Below are positions 34,024 to 43,723 of a stretch of 46,932 bases of DNA, piece by piece; positions within the stretch are counted from its first letter, which is position 1, and the number at the start of each line of letters is the position of its first letter. The stretch comes from a virus (taxonomy: Duplodnaviria; Caudoviricetes). The stretch spans positions 1 through 46,932 of IMG/VR virus record IMGVR_UViG_3300044513_002891, one strand, 5' to 3'. The position numbers and the translations under genes are program-made. The notes under the pieces are model-generated. The model saw only the letters and a program-made list of their open reading frames with translations, did not search any database and was not told the DNA's origin.

Positions 34024-35502
34024 ATGGCATATATTATTAACAAAACCGACGGGACGCAGATTGCAGTAGTTGAAGACGGTACTATCGATCAAACTACCGA
34101 TCTAAAACTTGTTGGTAAAAACTATGCTGGATACGGTGAGATTCAGAACGAAAACTTCGTTCATTTGCTTGAAAACTTTTCAAGTGCAAATTCTCCATCC
34201 AGAGCAATTCGAGGTCAAATTTGGTTTGACAGCGGAACAAGCAAATTAAAATTTTACGACGGTACAAAATTTAGAACAACTGGCGGAGCAGAAGTAAGTT
34301 CTTCACAACCATCAGGCTTAACTGAAGGTGACTTTTGGTGGGATAATGCAAACAATCAATTGTATGCAAACACCGGAGCAGGTTTTATCTTAATTGGTCC
34401 ACAATCACAAGGTAACACAGTTACTTCGTTTGTAACAGACACAATTAGAGATATTGCTAACGTTCAAAGAACAGTTATTAAAGGTACTGTAAATGATGAA
34501 GTAGTTGTTGTACTTTCAGCGGCAGACTTTACGATTGACTCATCCGACCCCGACAATGCCATAACAGGATTTGATGTCATTCACCAAGGTATGACCTTAA
34601 AGAATACAACTAACGCACAACAAGGTGTTACATCCACTGCACACAGATGGTGGGGAACTGCTACTAACTCAGAGAAGTTAGGTGGTAGAGATGCAAGTGA
34701 ATACGTTGTAAGTATTCCAGGCCAAGAATCAACATTCACAGAAATTGTTAGATTTAGTGACGCAGGTTATACGTTAGGTGCTTCAAACGACTTATCAGTT
34801 AGAATTGAAAATGACAATCAAGTAGTTATTGACAATACAGTTGGTACAGTTATTAGATTTAAAGTTGATAATGCTCAAGCACAATCAACAGAACCTATGC
34901 AAATTAAAGCAGAAGGTATTTTACCTGGTGCTAATAATACATATGACATGGGTACATCTGCTAACAAGTGGAAAGAAATTCATGCTACATTGTTTAATGG
35001 TACAGCAACAGCGGCAAACGCATTAGTTGTTGGATCAAACAATAGAACAGCAAGTACTTCAGCAACAAACGATACTGTTGCAGTTAGAGATAGTACAGGT
35101 AACTTAAATGCTAACTTGTTTAACGGTACTGCTACAACAGCACGTTACGCTGACTTGGCAGAGAAATATACAACAGATGATCAGTATCCAACAGGTACAG
35201 TAATGGCTGTTAGCACAGATGACAGTTCAGAAACAACTTGGTGCGACATTGATGCAACACCAATTGGTGTTATTTCTGCAAAACCTGCTTACTTAATGAA
35301 TGCAGATGCAGAAGGACAAGCGATTGCACTTAAAGGTCGTGTTCCTCTCAGAGTTATAGGTCCTGTTGCTAAAGGTGATAAATTATATGTAGGTGCTAAC
35401 GGTACTGCTCAAAAAGCCAACGAAGGCGAGTTAGTAGGTATTGCACTTGAGTCTAATGATAGACACGAAGAAAAATTAGTAGAAGTAGTATTAAAAGTAT
35501 AA
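34024..35502 (+). CDS. tail fibre protein with a C-terminal chaperone/peptidase-G2-like domain
   Basis: Same paralogous N-terminus; C-terminal YADLAEKY...GVIS..PAYLMN...IALKGRVP pattern. Confidence 0.7.
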   Translation: MAYIINKTDGTQIAVVEDGTIDQTTDLKLVGKNYAGYGEIQNENFVHLLENFSSANSPSRAIRGQIWFDSGTSKLKFYDGTKFRTTGGAEVSSSQPSGLTEGDFWWDNANNQLYANTGAGFILIGPQSQGNTVTSFVTDTIRDIANVQRTVIKGTVNDEVVVVLSAADFTIDSSDPDNAITGFDVIHQGMTLKNTTNAQQGVTSTAHRWWGTATNSEKLGGRDASEYVVSIPGQESTFTEIVRFSDAGYTLGASNDLSVRIENDNQVVIDNTVGTVIRFKVDNAQAQSTEPMQIKAEGILPGANNTYDMGTSANKWKEIHATLFNGTATAANALVVGSNNRTASTSATNDTVAVRDSTGNLNANLFNGTATTARYADLAEKYTTDDQYPTGTVMAVSTDDSSETTWCDIDATPIGVISAKPAYLMNADAEGQAIALKGRVPLRVIGPVAKGDKLYVGANGTAQKANEGELVGIALESNDRHEEKLVEVVLKV

Positions 35503-35515
35503 AAGGAAGAAGTAA

Positions 35516-36448
35516 ATGGCAATAGTAACCGCGGCAAGGTATAACGCACTTCAAGCAAAAGTTGCAAACGTTCTTGGAAACGGCAGTGGTCAGTTCGGAT
35601 ACGGACAGACTTTAGCAAGTTCGCAAGTAGCGGCAGAAACAGTGATTGATTCGCAACATATGTCAGATCTTTATACTGACATTATTAATACCAGAGTTCA
35701 TCAAGTAGGAAGTGTTCCACAATCTCTTGCTTCAGTATCTGCAGGAAATGTAATTGAAGAAGACGGTGCCGACACAGGTACTTTAAGAGGTGTTGTACAA
35801 TACGAAACCATGGCAGATACTATTGAAACAAACAAAGACTTAATTTATACTGCGGATACTTCACAAAGTACAATTACTGCCGCTAAGGCAACATCAACAA
35901 GAACTACAGCATGGGCAGGAGTTGTTGATCACGTTGTTACAGTTACTTTTGCAAGTGCTGATGCACGTAGACACTTCTTTAATGCTGGCGGCGAAATTAG
36001 ATTTACAGCAGACTTAGATCCAGCGGCTTCAAACGGTAAGAACAACGACTGGAACAACTTATTATCAGCAATGGGTACAGCAAAATTTAAATCAAATGGT
36101 TGTGCTTCAGACGGTTCTGCACCAGGAACTGATTTTGGTATTGGTAACTTTGATTTAACAGCAACATATCAAACAGTATTCCAAAAAGACGGTACTGGTG
36201 TTTATGCAGAAAACGACTATAACATTGCCGCTAAAGAAAATAGCACTTCAGTTATTGAATTTAGAATTCAATTTAGAGATGATGACTTAGGTGACGACAC
36301 CAACGATGCAAACAACGATGGTGCTATTAATCCAATTGATGAAGATGTAACAGGTACTTTGGACAGTATTGTTGGAGAAAGATTACCAACAGGTACACGA
36401 GTAGCATTAACATCACCAACTTTTGCAACCACAAACAACTTAGCATAA
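35516..36448 (+). CDS. virion structural protein (fibre-associated)
   Basis: A/T/G/D-rich; GYGQT and ARRHFFNAGGEIRF motifs; AAGGA RBS; in the tail module. Confidence 0.65.
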   Translation: MAIVTAARYNALQAKVANVLGNGSGQFGYGQTLASSQVAAETVIDSQHMSDLYTDIINTRVHQVGSVPQSLASVSAGNVIEEDGADTGTLRGVVQYETMADTIETNKDLIYTADTSQSTITAAKATSTRTTAWAGVVDHVVTVTFASADARRHFFNAGGEIRFTADLDPAASNGKNNDWNNLLSAMGTAKFKSNGCASDGSAPGTDFGIGNFDLTATYQTVFQKDGTGVYAENDYNIAAKENSTSVIEFRIQFRDDDLGDDTNDANNDGAINPIDEDVTGTLDSIVGERLPTGTRVALTSPTFATTNNLA

Positions 36449-36460
36449 TAAAACACATAG

Positions 36461-36466
36461 TAAATA
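36461..36466 (+). promoter_or_regulatory. late promoter TAAATA heading the glycosyltransferase operon
   Basis: GTAAATA-CTTTACT-ATG with no Shine-Dalgarno sequence in between. Confidence 0.6.
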
Positions 36467-36473
36467 CTTTACT

Positions 36474-36815
36474 ATGGACGAGAAACTTCAAAAAGCCTTA
36501 GAGTTTGGCAATTATAGTGCCACGCTTGAAAATCAAAAACGTATGTTGCAAGAAAAGTTTGTAACAGATACGATCTATTTCCATAAAGGCGGCCAATTTA
36601 CAATTAACAAAGAACTATTGAATTATGTTTATATGTTAATGTCTACAGATCAAGAAACAACAGTGTTAATTGACGACAATAACATTCCTGTTGAAGTTAA
36701 TGTAAATGAATTTTATTCAAATATTGCTGACAAATATTTTACAGCATCAAATGAATATCATGCAGAGTACACTAAGTTACAGAAAAGTAGATCAGTAGAC
36801 GGTTTAGTAGAATGA
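36474..36815 (+). CDS. hypothetical protein (113 aa), possibly a fibre assembly chaperone
   Basis: ORF track; ATGA-coupled to the next gene. The function is inferred from position only. Confidence 0.6.
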   Translation: MDEKLQKALEFGNYSATLENQKRMLQEKFVTDTIYFHKGGQFTINKELLNYVYMLMSTDQETTVLIDDNNIPVEVNVNEFYSNIADKYFTASNEYHAEYTKLQKSRSVDGLVE

Positions 36816-37630
36816 CATCAGGTGTTTTATTATTTGCACACAACAATGAACAAATAGATTATGTGGCACAGGCTTGTTTTTTAGCAAAACGTATCACAAA
36901 ATATCTAAATCTTCCCACAACTCTTGTAACAGACGATCAACGTAGAGTTGAAGAATACTATGACTATAAAGTATTTGACAATATCATAGTTTCAGACATA
37001 CAAAATAAAAATAAAAAAACATATCATGACGGTTCGTTGTCTAAGAAGATATTAGATTTTAAAAACTTTAATAGAAGTGACGCATATAATATTTCACCAT
37101 ACGAGAAAACACTTGTTATGGATACTGATTACATTATTAGTAACAATTTATTAGCAAACTGTTTTGAAAGTTCTAACAAATTAATGATGTATAGTAACAG
37201 TATGGACATATCAGGGTGGCGTGATGAAACAGAATTTAAGTTTATAAGTGAAACCAGTATTAAATTTTACTGGGCAACTTGTGTATATTTTGTAAAAGAC
37301 CCTGCTAACTTATTATTTTTTAATTTAATAAAACATATACAAAGAAATTATCAGCACTACAGGAACTTATATCAGATAACAAGTACAGTTTTTAGAAATG
37401 ATTATGCTTTCAGCATAGCGGCTCATATTACAGGTCATGTAAAAGAACTTCCTGGTAAAATGATTTACAGTACTCATAAGGATATTTTACAAAAGATAGA
37501 CGAATCTGCAATTAAACTACTTGTTGAAAAGCAAGATAGAGTAGGAGAATATACTTTATTAAAATCAAACGGAATAAATCTACACGTTATGAATAAGTTT
37601 AGTTTGAATAGGGAAGTTACCCATGCCTAA
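36812..37630 (+). CDS. GT-A fold glycosyltransferase-like protein (GT8-like)
   Basis: SPYEKTLVMDTDY DxD motif, N-terminal GVLLFA strand, RNDYAFSIA, late H in LHVMNK. Confidence 0.7.
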   Translation: MTSGVLLFAHNNEQIDYVAQACFLAKRITKYLNLPTTLVTDDQRRVEEYYDYKVFDNIIVSDIQNKNKKTYHDGSLSKKILDFKNFNRSDAYNISPYEKTLVMDTDYIISNNLLANCFESSNKLMMYSNSMDISGWRDETEFKFISETSIKFYWATCVYFVKDPANLLFFNLIKHIQRNYQHYRNLYQITSTVFRNDYAFSIAAHITGHVKELPGKMIYSTHKDILQKIDESAIKLLVEKQDRVGEYTLLKSNGINLHVMNKFSLNREVTHA

Positions 37631-38456
37631 CTTTACATTTCTTGCACAGAATAATGACCAAGATAATTACATACGTCAAGCAGAATTATTAGCAATGAGT
37701 ATTAGACATACTAATCCTAACAGTAAAATTTGTCTAATAACTAATGAAGACATTGAATGGATTAAAGAAGGCCTATTCGACGATATTGTGCCTATTCCAT
37801 GGGAAGATAAAGCAGACGAACACAGATGGAAAGTACAAAATAGATGGAAAATTTATCATGCTTGTCCATATGATGAGACTTTTGTATTAGATACTGATAT
37901 GTTAGTACTGCATGATTTAACACATTGGTGGAATCTAATGCAAAACTATGATGTATTTTACACAACTAATGTAACAGATTACAAACAAAGTAAACTCAAT
38001 GTAACATATTATAGGAAAATGTTTGAAGCAAATAACTTACCAAACATTTATGTTGCATTACACTATTTTAAAAAGTCAGACTTTGCAAAACAGTTTTATA
38101 CTTGTTTAGAAGAAGTAATGAAAAATTGGGAATACTATTATGAAAAGTATGCACCTAAGAAAATGCAAAAGTTTTTAAGTGTTGATGTATGTACAGCAAT
38201 AGCAATTAGAGTATTAGGGGTTGAAGATAAAGTTACAAACGCAGTTACACAGTTTCCTACATTTGTACATATGAAACCTTATGCACAACCTTGGAAAACA
38301 CAGACTAAAAAATGGCAAGACAGAATAAGTTGTTTTATTAATGACGATAAGCAGATGCGTGTTGGCGGCCATTTACAAAATACAGTATTTCATTATACTG
38401 AAAAAGACTTTACGGAGAAATATTATGAAAGATTCAATAATACAGTTTCCGGTTAG
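37623..38456 (+). CDS. GT-A fold glycosyltransferase-like protein (GT8-like), paralog of the upstream gene
   Basis: CPYDETFVLDTDM DxD motif, LAMSIR..NP...ICLIT, FVHMKP, FHY. Confidence 0.72.
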   Translation: MPNFTFLAQNNDQDNYIRQAELLAMSIRHTNPNSKICLITNEDIEWIKEGLFDDIVPIPWEDKADEHRWKVQNRWKIYHACPYDETFVLDTDMLVLHDLTHWWNLMQNYDVFYTTNVTDYKQSKLNVTYYRKMFEANNLPNIYVALHYFKKSDFAKQFYTCLEEVMKNWEYYYEKYAPKKMQKFLSVDVCTAIAIRVLGVEDKVTNAVTQFPTFVHMKPYAQPWKTQTKKWQDRISCFINDDKQMRVGGHLQNTVFHYTEKDFTEKYYERFNNTVSG

Positions 38457-39018
38457 GCCTGTAATGATTAAAGATTCTGTGTCTACATATGTAGAGTTTA
38501 ATCCTAAGACAGGAGATATCGAAACTATAACATCTTATCCAACGTCAAAAGATTATATTGAAGTAGATTTTTCAAAAGTAGAAAAGTTAGCCAACGGTGG
38601 AGAAAAGTTTAAGCACTATCAAGTAATTTTTAGTCCAACTTCCTTAATGTATGAGTTGGTAAATGTATACGAAAAATCACATTTTGAATATAATGTAAAC
38701 AACAGTTTGTATAAAATACAAAATAATCCAAATGCAGATATTATAATTTGTAAATCTTACAAAGATTCACAATGGAAACTCAAATTTGGAAAACTATTTG
38801 CAAAGACTATAAAAACAAATAACGTAACATTACAAACAGTAAAACATTTCAGTGTTGTTAAAAAGAATGACCCGTTTGTGTTATATAGGACATTACAATT
38901 TAACTTAGCATCAGATAATTTAGTCTTGCAATTTGACGAAAATGATGCTATAATGGACTTTGATTTATATACAAATAAGATGTTTAACAGTTACGGAGTA
39001 GAAATTGAACAAGATTAA
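38425..39018 (+). CDS. hypothetical protein
   Basis: The ORF track starts at 38341, but ATG 38425 has a GGAG RBS at 38414-38417 and a smaller overlap with the upstream gene. Confidence 0.65.
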   Translation: MKDSIIQFPVRPVMIKDSVSTYVEFNPKTGDIETITSYPTSKDYIEVDFSKVEKLANGGEKFKHYQVIFSPTSLMYELVNVYEKSHFEYNVNNSLYKIQNNPNADIIICKSYKDSQWKLKFGKLFAKTIKTNNVTLQTVKHFSVVKKNDPFVLYRTLQFNLASDNLVLQFDENDAIMDFDLYTNKMFNSYGVEIEQD

Positions 39019-39892
39019 GATACAAGACGTTGATATTATCTTTTTAAGTTATGACGAGCCTAACTGTGAAGAAAATTGGGCAGACTTACAACGCAAAATC
39101 CCTTGGGCAAAACGTGTACACGGTGTAGAAGGATCAGATGCCGCACATAAAGCCTGTGCAGATTTATCTGAAACAAAACACTTTGTAACTGTAGACGGTG
39201 ACACTATTGTTGATTCTAAGTTTATGCAAGTTGAGTTAGATTTAGACAAGTTGGGTGTAGATGATGACTACCAGTTTAGTTGGTGTGGTAAAATTGATGT
39301 TAACGGACTTATGTACGGTAACGGAAGTTTAAAGATGTGGACAAAGGATTTTGTTAAAAATATGAAAACACATGAAAACACTGACGGATCAGATGAAACA
39401 AGTATTGAGTTTTGTTACTTTGACAATTATTATCAACTAAATGAAAACTATAGCAACAGTATTATTACAGCAACTCCGCACCAAGCATGGAGAGCAGGAT
39501 TCCGTGAGGGTGTTAAGATGAGTTTAGATAGAGGAAAGCCAACAGAAGATATTAATTCATTATGGTGGCAAAATAGGCATAGACTTTTTATCTGGCAAAT
39601 GGTAGGTTGTGATGTTCCTAATGGTATCTGGGCAGTGTATGGTGCACGACTTGGAACATATATGAATATGTGTACTAACTGGGATCATACTCAAACAAGA
39701 GATTTTACATACCTTAACGAATTATGGAAAGAACACGAAAGTATAGATGTTGCTGAATCGTGTAAAGAGTTGGGTAAAAAATTAATCAATGAATTAGAAC
39801 TGCCTATTGCAGTTGTTCCTTTTGACAAACTACAAAGTGAATTTTTTAAAACTGTTTATCTTAACAGTGACAGAGTTATTAGACGTAAATGA
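39005..39892 (+). CDS. GT-A fold glycosyltransferase-like protein (GT2-like); TTG start
   Basis: DIIFLSYDEP N-terminus, FVTVDGD DxD motif, AWRAGFREGVKM; GGAG RBS. Confidence 0.68.
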   Translation: MNKIKIQDVDIIFLSYDEPNCEENWADLQRKIPWAKRVHGVEGSDAAHKACADLSETKHFVTVDGDTIVDSKFMQVELDLDKLGVDDDYQFSWCGKIDVNGLMYGNGSLKMWTKDFVKNMKTHENTDGSDETSIEFCYFDNYYQLNENYSNSIITATPHQAWRAGFREGVKMSLDRGKPTEDINSLWWQNRHRLFIWQMVGCDVPNGIWAVYGARLGTYMNMCTNWDHTQTRDFTYLNELWKEHESIDVAESCKELGKKLINELELPIAVVPFDKLQSEFFKTVYLNSDRVIRRK

Positions 39893-41256
39893 GTGAAGTA
39901 GATCAAATTAAAAAAATAATGCCAGAGATTGATAAAATCTCTCCTACATTCTGTTTGGCTAAATGGCATCATGTAACAATATACCTACAAACTGGAGAAA
40001 CACACAGTTGCTATCACCCTGCACCTCATAAAATTCCTCTTGAAGGATTAATTGAAAATCCAAGTCAGTTACACAATACTCCGCAAAAGAAAGAAGAACG
40101 TAAACAAATGCTCGCCGGCGAAAAGCCAAGTGGATGTCAATACTGTTGGAATATTGAATGTATGGGCAAAGACTATATTAGTGATAGACATATTAAAACA
40201 ACAAGTATATATAAGCCAGAACGTATTGAAGAAATTAAAAACAATCCTTGGGATTACAATATAAATCCTGAATATATTGAAGTAAACTTTTCAAATGAAT
40301 GTAACTTTAAGTGCGGTTATTGTCATCCTAAGTTTAGTACAAGTTATTACAATGAAATTAAAAAACACGGTCCTTATAAAGACAGTACTGCACATCGTAA
40401 TGATATTGATTGGTTTGAATTATATGAAGAAAATAAAAATCCTTATGTAGATGCATGGTGGAAATGGTGGCCTGAAGTTTCCAAGACTCTTAATATTTTA
40501 CGAGTTACAGGGGGTGAACCGTTGATGCATAAAAGCACATGGCGGTTGTTTGACGAATTAGAAAAAAATCCTAAACCGCATATTCAAATTGAACTTAATA
40601 GTAACATGGGTGTTAAAGAAGCACTTGTTAAAAAACTTGTAGAAAGAATAAAAACTCTAAAAGACAATGGGTGTATTCGAAGTTTTAAGTTATACACAAG
40701 TATAGATACTTGGGGACCAAGAGCAAGTTATACTCGCAGAGGATTAGACATTGGACTATGGGAACGTAATCTTGATTACTACTTAAAAAACTTAGGATAT
40801 CCTGTAACATTCATGTGTACATTTAACTTGTTTGCTGTTACAAGTTTTGACAAGTTGTTAAGAAAAATTTTGGAATGGCGCACAAAGTATAATAAGAATA
40901 ATAAAACACAATGGCAAAACATTAGGTTTGATACTCCTTATCTAAAAGAACCAATTCAATTTGATATGAACATCTTACCTAAGTTAGAGTTTATGCCTTA
41001 TATGGAAAAGCATCTTAAGTTTATTGCAGAAAATGTTGACGATGCTGATAGAACAAAATTTAGTTTATTAGAATACGAACGGTTTCGTAGAGTTGTAGAT
41101 TATATGCGTACAACAGAATATGATGAAAAGAAATTACAAAACGGACATAAAAATTTTTATACTTGGTTTACAGAGTATGATAACAGAAGCGGAACAACAC
41201 TTATAGAAGTATTTCCTGAATTAGAAAATTTCTATTATAATTGTTCTAAAGTATAA
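39889..41256 (+). CDS. radical SAM enzyme with an N-terminal twitch/SPASM-like Cys domain
   Basis: CNFKCGYC (CX3CX2C) and VTGGEP; N-terminal FCLAKW...SCYH...GCQYCW. Confidence 0.88.
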   Translation: MSEVDQIKKIMPEIDKISPTFCLAKWHHVTIYLQTGETHSCYHPAPHKIPLEGLIENPSQLHNTPQKKEERKQMLAGEKPSGCQYCWNIECMGKDYISDRHIKTTSIYKPERIEEIKNNPWDYNINPEYIEVNFSNECNFKCGYCHPKFSTSYYNEIKKHGPYKDSTAHRNDIDWFELYEENKNPYVDAWWKWWPEVSKTLNILRVTGGEPLMHKSTWRLFDELEKNPKPHIQIELNSNMGVKEALVKKLVERIKTLKDNGCIRSFKLYTSIDTWGPRASYTRRGLDIGLWERNLDYYLKNLGYPVTFMCTFNLFAVTSFDKLLRKILEWRTKYNKNNKTQWQNIRFDTPYLKEPIQFDMNILPKLEFMPYMEKHLKFIAENVDDADRTKFSLLEYERFRRVVDYMRTTEYDEKKLQNGHKNFYTWFTEYDNRSGTTLIEVFPELENFYYNCSKV

Positions 41257-42271
41257 CTTTATTATTGTAAATTTTAAAAGCAAGTGTTTGGTTATGTGTT
41301 AAGATTTCGTCCATTTCATTTAGCATTTCCTTACAATCATCAATACTTAACATCTTAATACTGTCTAACAAATAGCGTATTTTGTTCATACGTTTTGTAT
41401 GGTCCTCTTCAGTATCATAACTTTCGTCCCATGTAAATGTTTTAAATCCTAATTTGCGTATGTACTCTAATGTGTAAGGTGGTGCAACACATATGAAGGG
41501 GCGTTTGTGTATCATTGCATTTACAGTTTTTTCGCTGAAGTTTCCTGTAGGTTGATAAAAACGTGTTTCGTTTGCAACTACACAGAAACTTTTTTCGTAG
41601 TATTTAGATAAAGATCCTGGACCATTTACTTCGCCCTCAGGCCATTTTTTATTTGTAGGGTTTATACTTTTTAATTGTGTATCAATACTTAATGGTGGAT
41701 CTGTAAAGGCCCAACTATAATAACCTGGAGTGTCTTGTAAGTGTTCTATAATTAAACGTCGGTGTAAACTGTAACGCCAGTTAGGACAAATAAAATGTTT
41801 ATCAATATTATTTTTAATAGTAATACTTCCACCATTAAACTGATTACGTAAAAATATATCAAAACATTTTAGTTTAAAAGGATATGCTGTAATATACTTT
41901 TCTACATTATAATCACAAGTATATACTGTAACATCTGCATTTAGGTTTTTTATAAAATCTTCAATGCTATCCAATTCATCTGCACGTAGTTTTTCGCCAC
42001 CTTTGAATTCACTAAAAAATTGTCTGTTATGTGATTTACCTTCTTCGTATAAACTTAATGGTTCGTACAAATAGATGTCTAATGTTTTTAATTTTTTTAA
42101 AAGTTTAGGTGTAATAGGAAACTTACTAAAATCTATTTTATTTGTTCCTGTAAAAATAATATAAGGATTTTCGGGTTCCCATTGCCTAAACAATTCAAAA
42201 AACATTTTACCTGTTTTAGTACGAACTGCCTTGATTGGGAGATTGCCCCAGAAAATGTCTTGTACAAACAT
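41246..42271 (-). CDS. putative GT-B glycosyltransferase-like protein
   Basis: C-terminal SFCVVANET...FSEKTVNAM...PFI...LGFKTF; paralog of 45013-45963; resembles the GT10-type ExS...(T/S)EK motif. Confidence 0.5.
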   Translation of the reverse strand: MFVQDIFWGNLPIKAVRTKTGKMFFELFRQWEPENPYIIFTGTNKIDFSKFPITPKLLKKLKTLDIYLYEPLSLYEEGKSHNRQFFSEFKGGEKLRADELDSIEDFIKNLNADVTVYTCDYNVEKYITAYPFKLKCFDIFLRNQFNGGSITIKNNIDKHFICPNWRYSLHRRLIIEHLQDTPGYYSWAFTDPPLSIDTQLKSINPTNKKWPEGEVNGPGSLSKYYEKSFCVVANETRFYQPTGNFSEKTVNAMIHKRPFICVAPPYTLEYIRKLGFKTFTWDESYDTEEDHTKRMNKIRYLLDSIKMLSIDDCKEMLNEMDEILTHNQTLAFKIYNNKVIL

Positions 42272-42777
42272 TAGTAATATGTACCTGTAATCTGTAAAGT
42301 GTATCTTGATTCTACGCCAATATTACTTGCGGCGTGTGGAGCATCAGCGTCCCATAAAACATATTCTCCTGCTTTATAGTTTACAACACCAACTTGTTCA
42401 ACTTCAAAGTAATGTCCTGGCTTCCAATCTTCTAAGAATACAATAGCACGTCTTACATCTTGTCTTTCTTTTTTAAAAACTTTACAGTATGTGTTAAAGT
42501 GATCAACATGGGTAGGCATAATATCTAACGTATCCATTCTATAAAAAACAAATCCAGGATTACGTAAATTTAGTAATGATGCAATTTTTTCTACCCACTC
42601 AGGCATTGGGTTTCTACTGTCATACATTTTACCTGTTGTAGTAGTATGTGTATAACCTTGATCACGCCAAGTGTCTGCTTCTTCACCTGTGATAGGTTGT
42701 CGTACATATTGAAAATTTTTGTATTCATCATCCCACATCTTAGGGATAAAACCTCTATAAAACATCTCGTTCCACAT
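42271..42777 (-). CDS. 2OG-Fe(II) dioxygenase-like protein
   Basis: HVD...H facial triad (PTHVD; PHAASN) and a terminal RYTLQITG 2OG-binding strand. Confidence 0.7.
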   Translation of the reverse strand: MWNEMFYRGFIPKMWDDEYKNFQYVRQPITGEEADTWRDQGYTHTTTTGKMYDSRNPMPEWVEKIASLLNLRNPGFVFYRMDTLDIMPTHVDHFNTYCKVFKKERQDVRRAIVFLEDWKPGHYFEVEQVGVVNYKAGEYVLWDADAPHAASNIGVESRYTLQITGTYY

Positions 42778-43723
42778 CCAAAGTTACGCAGTGAAATCCA
42801 CCGCCAAGTGTTCGTTGATGTCGCATTGGTAACATAGCACATTCTATTCCGTGGTGTTCGAGAAGATGTCGTAGATCTTCTTGATGTTCTTCTAATGCAA
42901 CTAACTTAGTATTTACACTAAACAAGTTCATGTTAATCCATGTACTTGCATTGCACCACTTAGGATAGTGTCCGATATCAACAGGCTCAGGACACCATAT
43001 AATATCCCAACTTCTAAAAGGTTCCGGTAAATCATCTCTTGTTTTTATTCTACTTGGATTAGCAAGTAATAAACCTTCACGTAAAAACGCAACAGTACTA
43101 TCAATGTGCATATAACTATATACATCTTGTAATAAATGCACTTTTGCTGTATCGCCTAATGCTTCTTGCAACAATACTGAACCTAATTTATTTCCGCTAT
43201 TACTTACAAGATATAAAACGTGTTCATTAGCACGAATAATATTAGCGGCATCAAATGCAGGTTCAAACTCGTTTAGTGCAAGTATGTTTTTGTTTCCAAT
43301 GCAGTCAGTGTTATATAATGCACTTTCATGGTAACAACGTATTTCTTTAGGATTGTTTAAATGTTTTTCAAATGCTCGCCATTCGCCTTTTCTTGCACGA
43401 ATAGGCATAGGTGTTGCAAGTGTTAAATCCCCGTGTACAAATACCGAGTCTCGAGGACAGTAATTATAATATTCACAATTAGTCCAATCTGGACGTACAA
43501 CTTCGACTGATTCTCCTTTTAAAAAATCTACAAAGATTTCTAAGTCTTCATTTGCTTCGTCAATAACTTGTTGTGGATAAGGACCTTTAATTATTTCTGT
43601 TTCGTCAGTTTTATCTGCAAAGTTTACACAACGTAAACTAATATCAATATCGTTTGGAATTTGAGCATTATCTGCAATACCAACAATTACTTTTTTTAAT
43701 TGACCCCATTCATTTTTAGACAT
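42755..43723 (-). CDS. amidinotransferase (glycine / inosamine-phosphate amidinotransferase family, StrB1-like)
   Basis: NEWGQLKKVIVG, CPRD, FDAA, MHID and a terminal LGGGFHCVTLD with the catalytic Cys. Confidence 0.88.
   Translation of the reverse strand: MSKNEWGQLKKVIVGIADNAQIPNDIDISLRCVNFADKTDETEIIKGPYPQQVIDEANEDLEIFVDFLKGESVEVVRPDWTNCEYYNYCPRDSVFVHGDLTLATPMPIRARKGEWRAFEKHLNNPKEIRCYHESALYNTDCIGNKNILALNEFEPAFDAANIIRANEHVLYLVSNSGNKLGSVLLQEALGDTAKVHLLQDVYSYMHIDSTVAFLREGLLLANPSRIKTRDDLPEPFRSWDIIWCPEPVDIGHYPKWCNASTWINMNLFSVNTKLVALEEHQEDLRHLLEHHGIECAMLPMRHQRTLGGGFHCVTLDVERDVL

Noticed and set aside
29814-36448. Diversity-generating retroelement or invertible fibre cassette
   Set aside because: No reverse transcriptase or invertase, and no near-identical nucleotide repeats seen; the paralogy is only at the protein level.
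6363-36456. Numerous short minus-strand and off-frame ORFs inside structural genes (e.g. 26000-26395, 31127-31672, 32275-32802)
   Set aside because: Expected antisense open frames produced by the codon bias of the real genes; low-complexity V/L/P/S translations.
38341-38424. Longer N-terminus for the hypothetical gene as given in the ORF track
   Set aside because: It overlaps the upstream gene by over 100 nt; ATG 38425 has a GGAG RBS.
39049-42842. ORFs 39049-39249, 40052-40264, 42591-42842 and 42646-42837
   Set aside because: They fully overlap genes with clear catalytic motifs and have no independent support.
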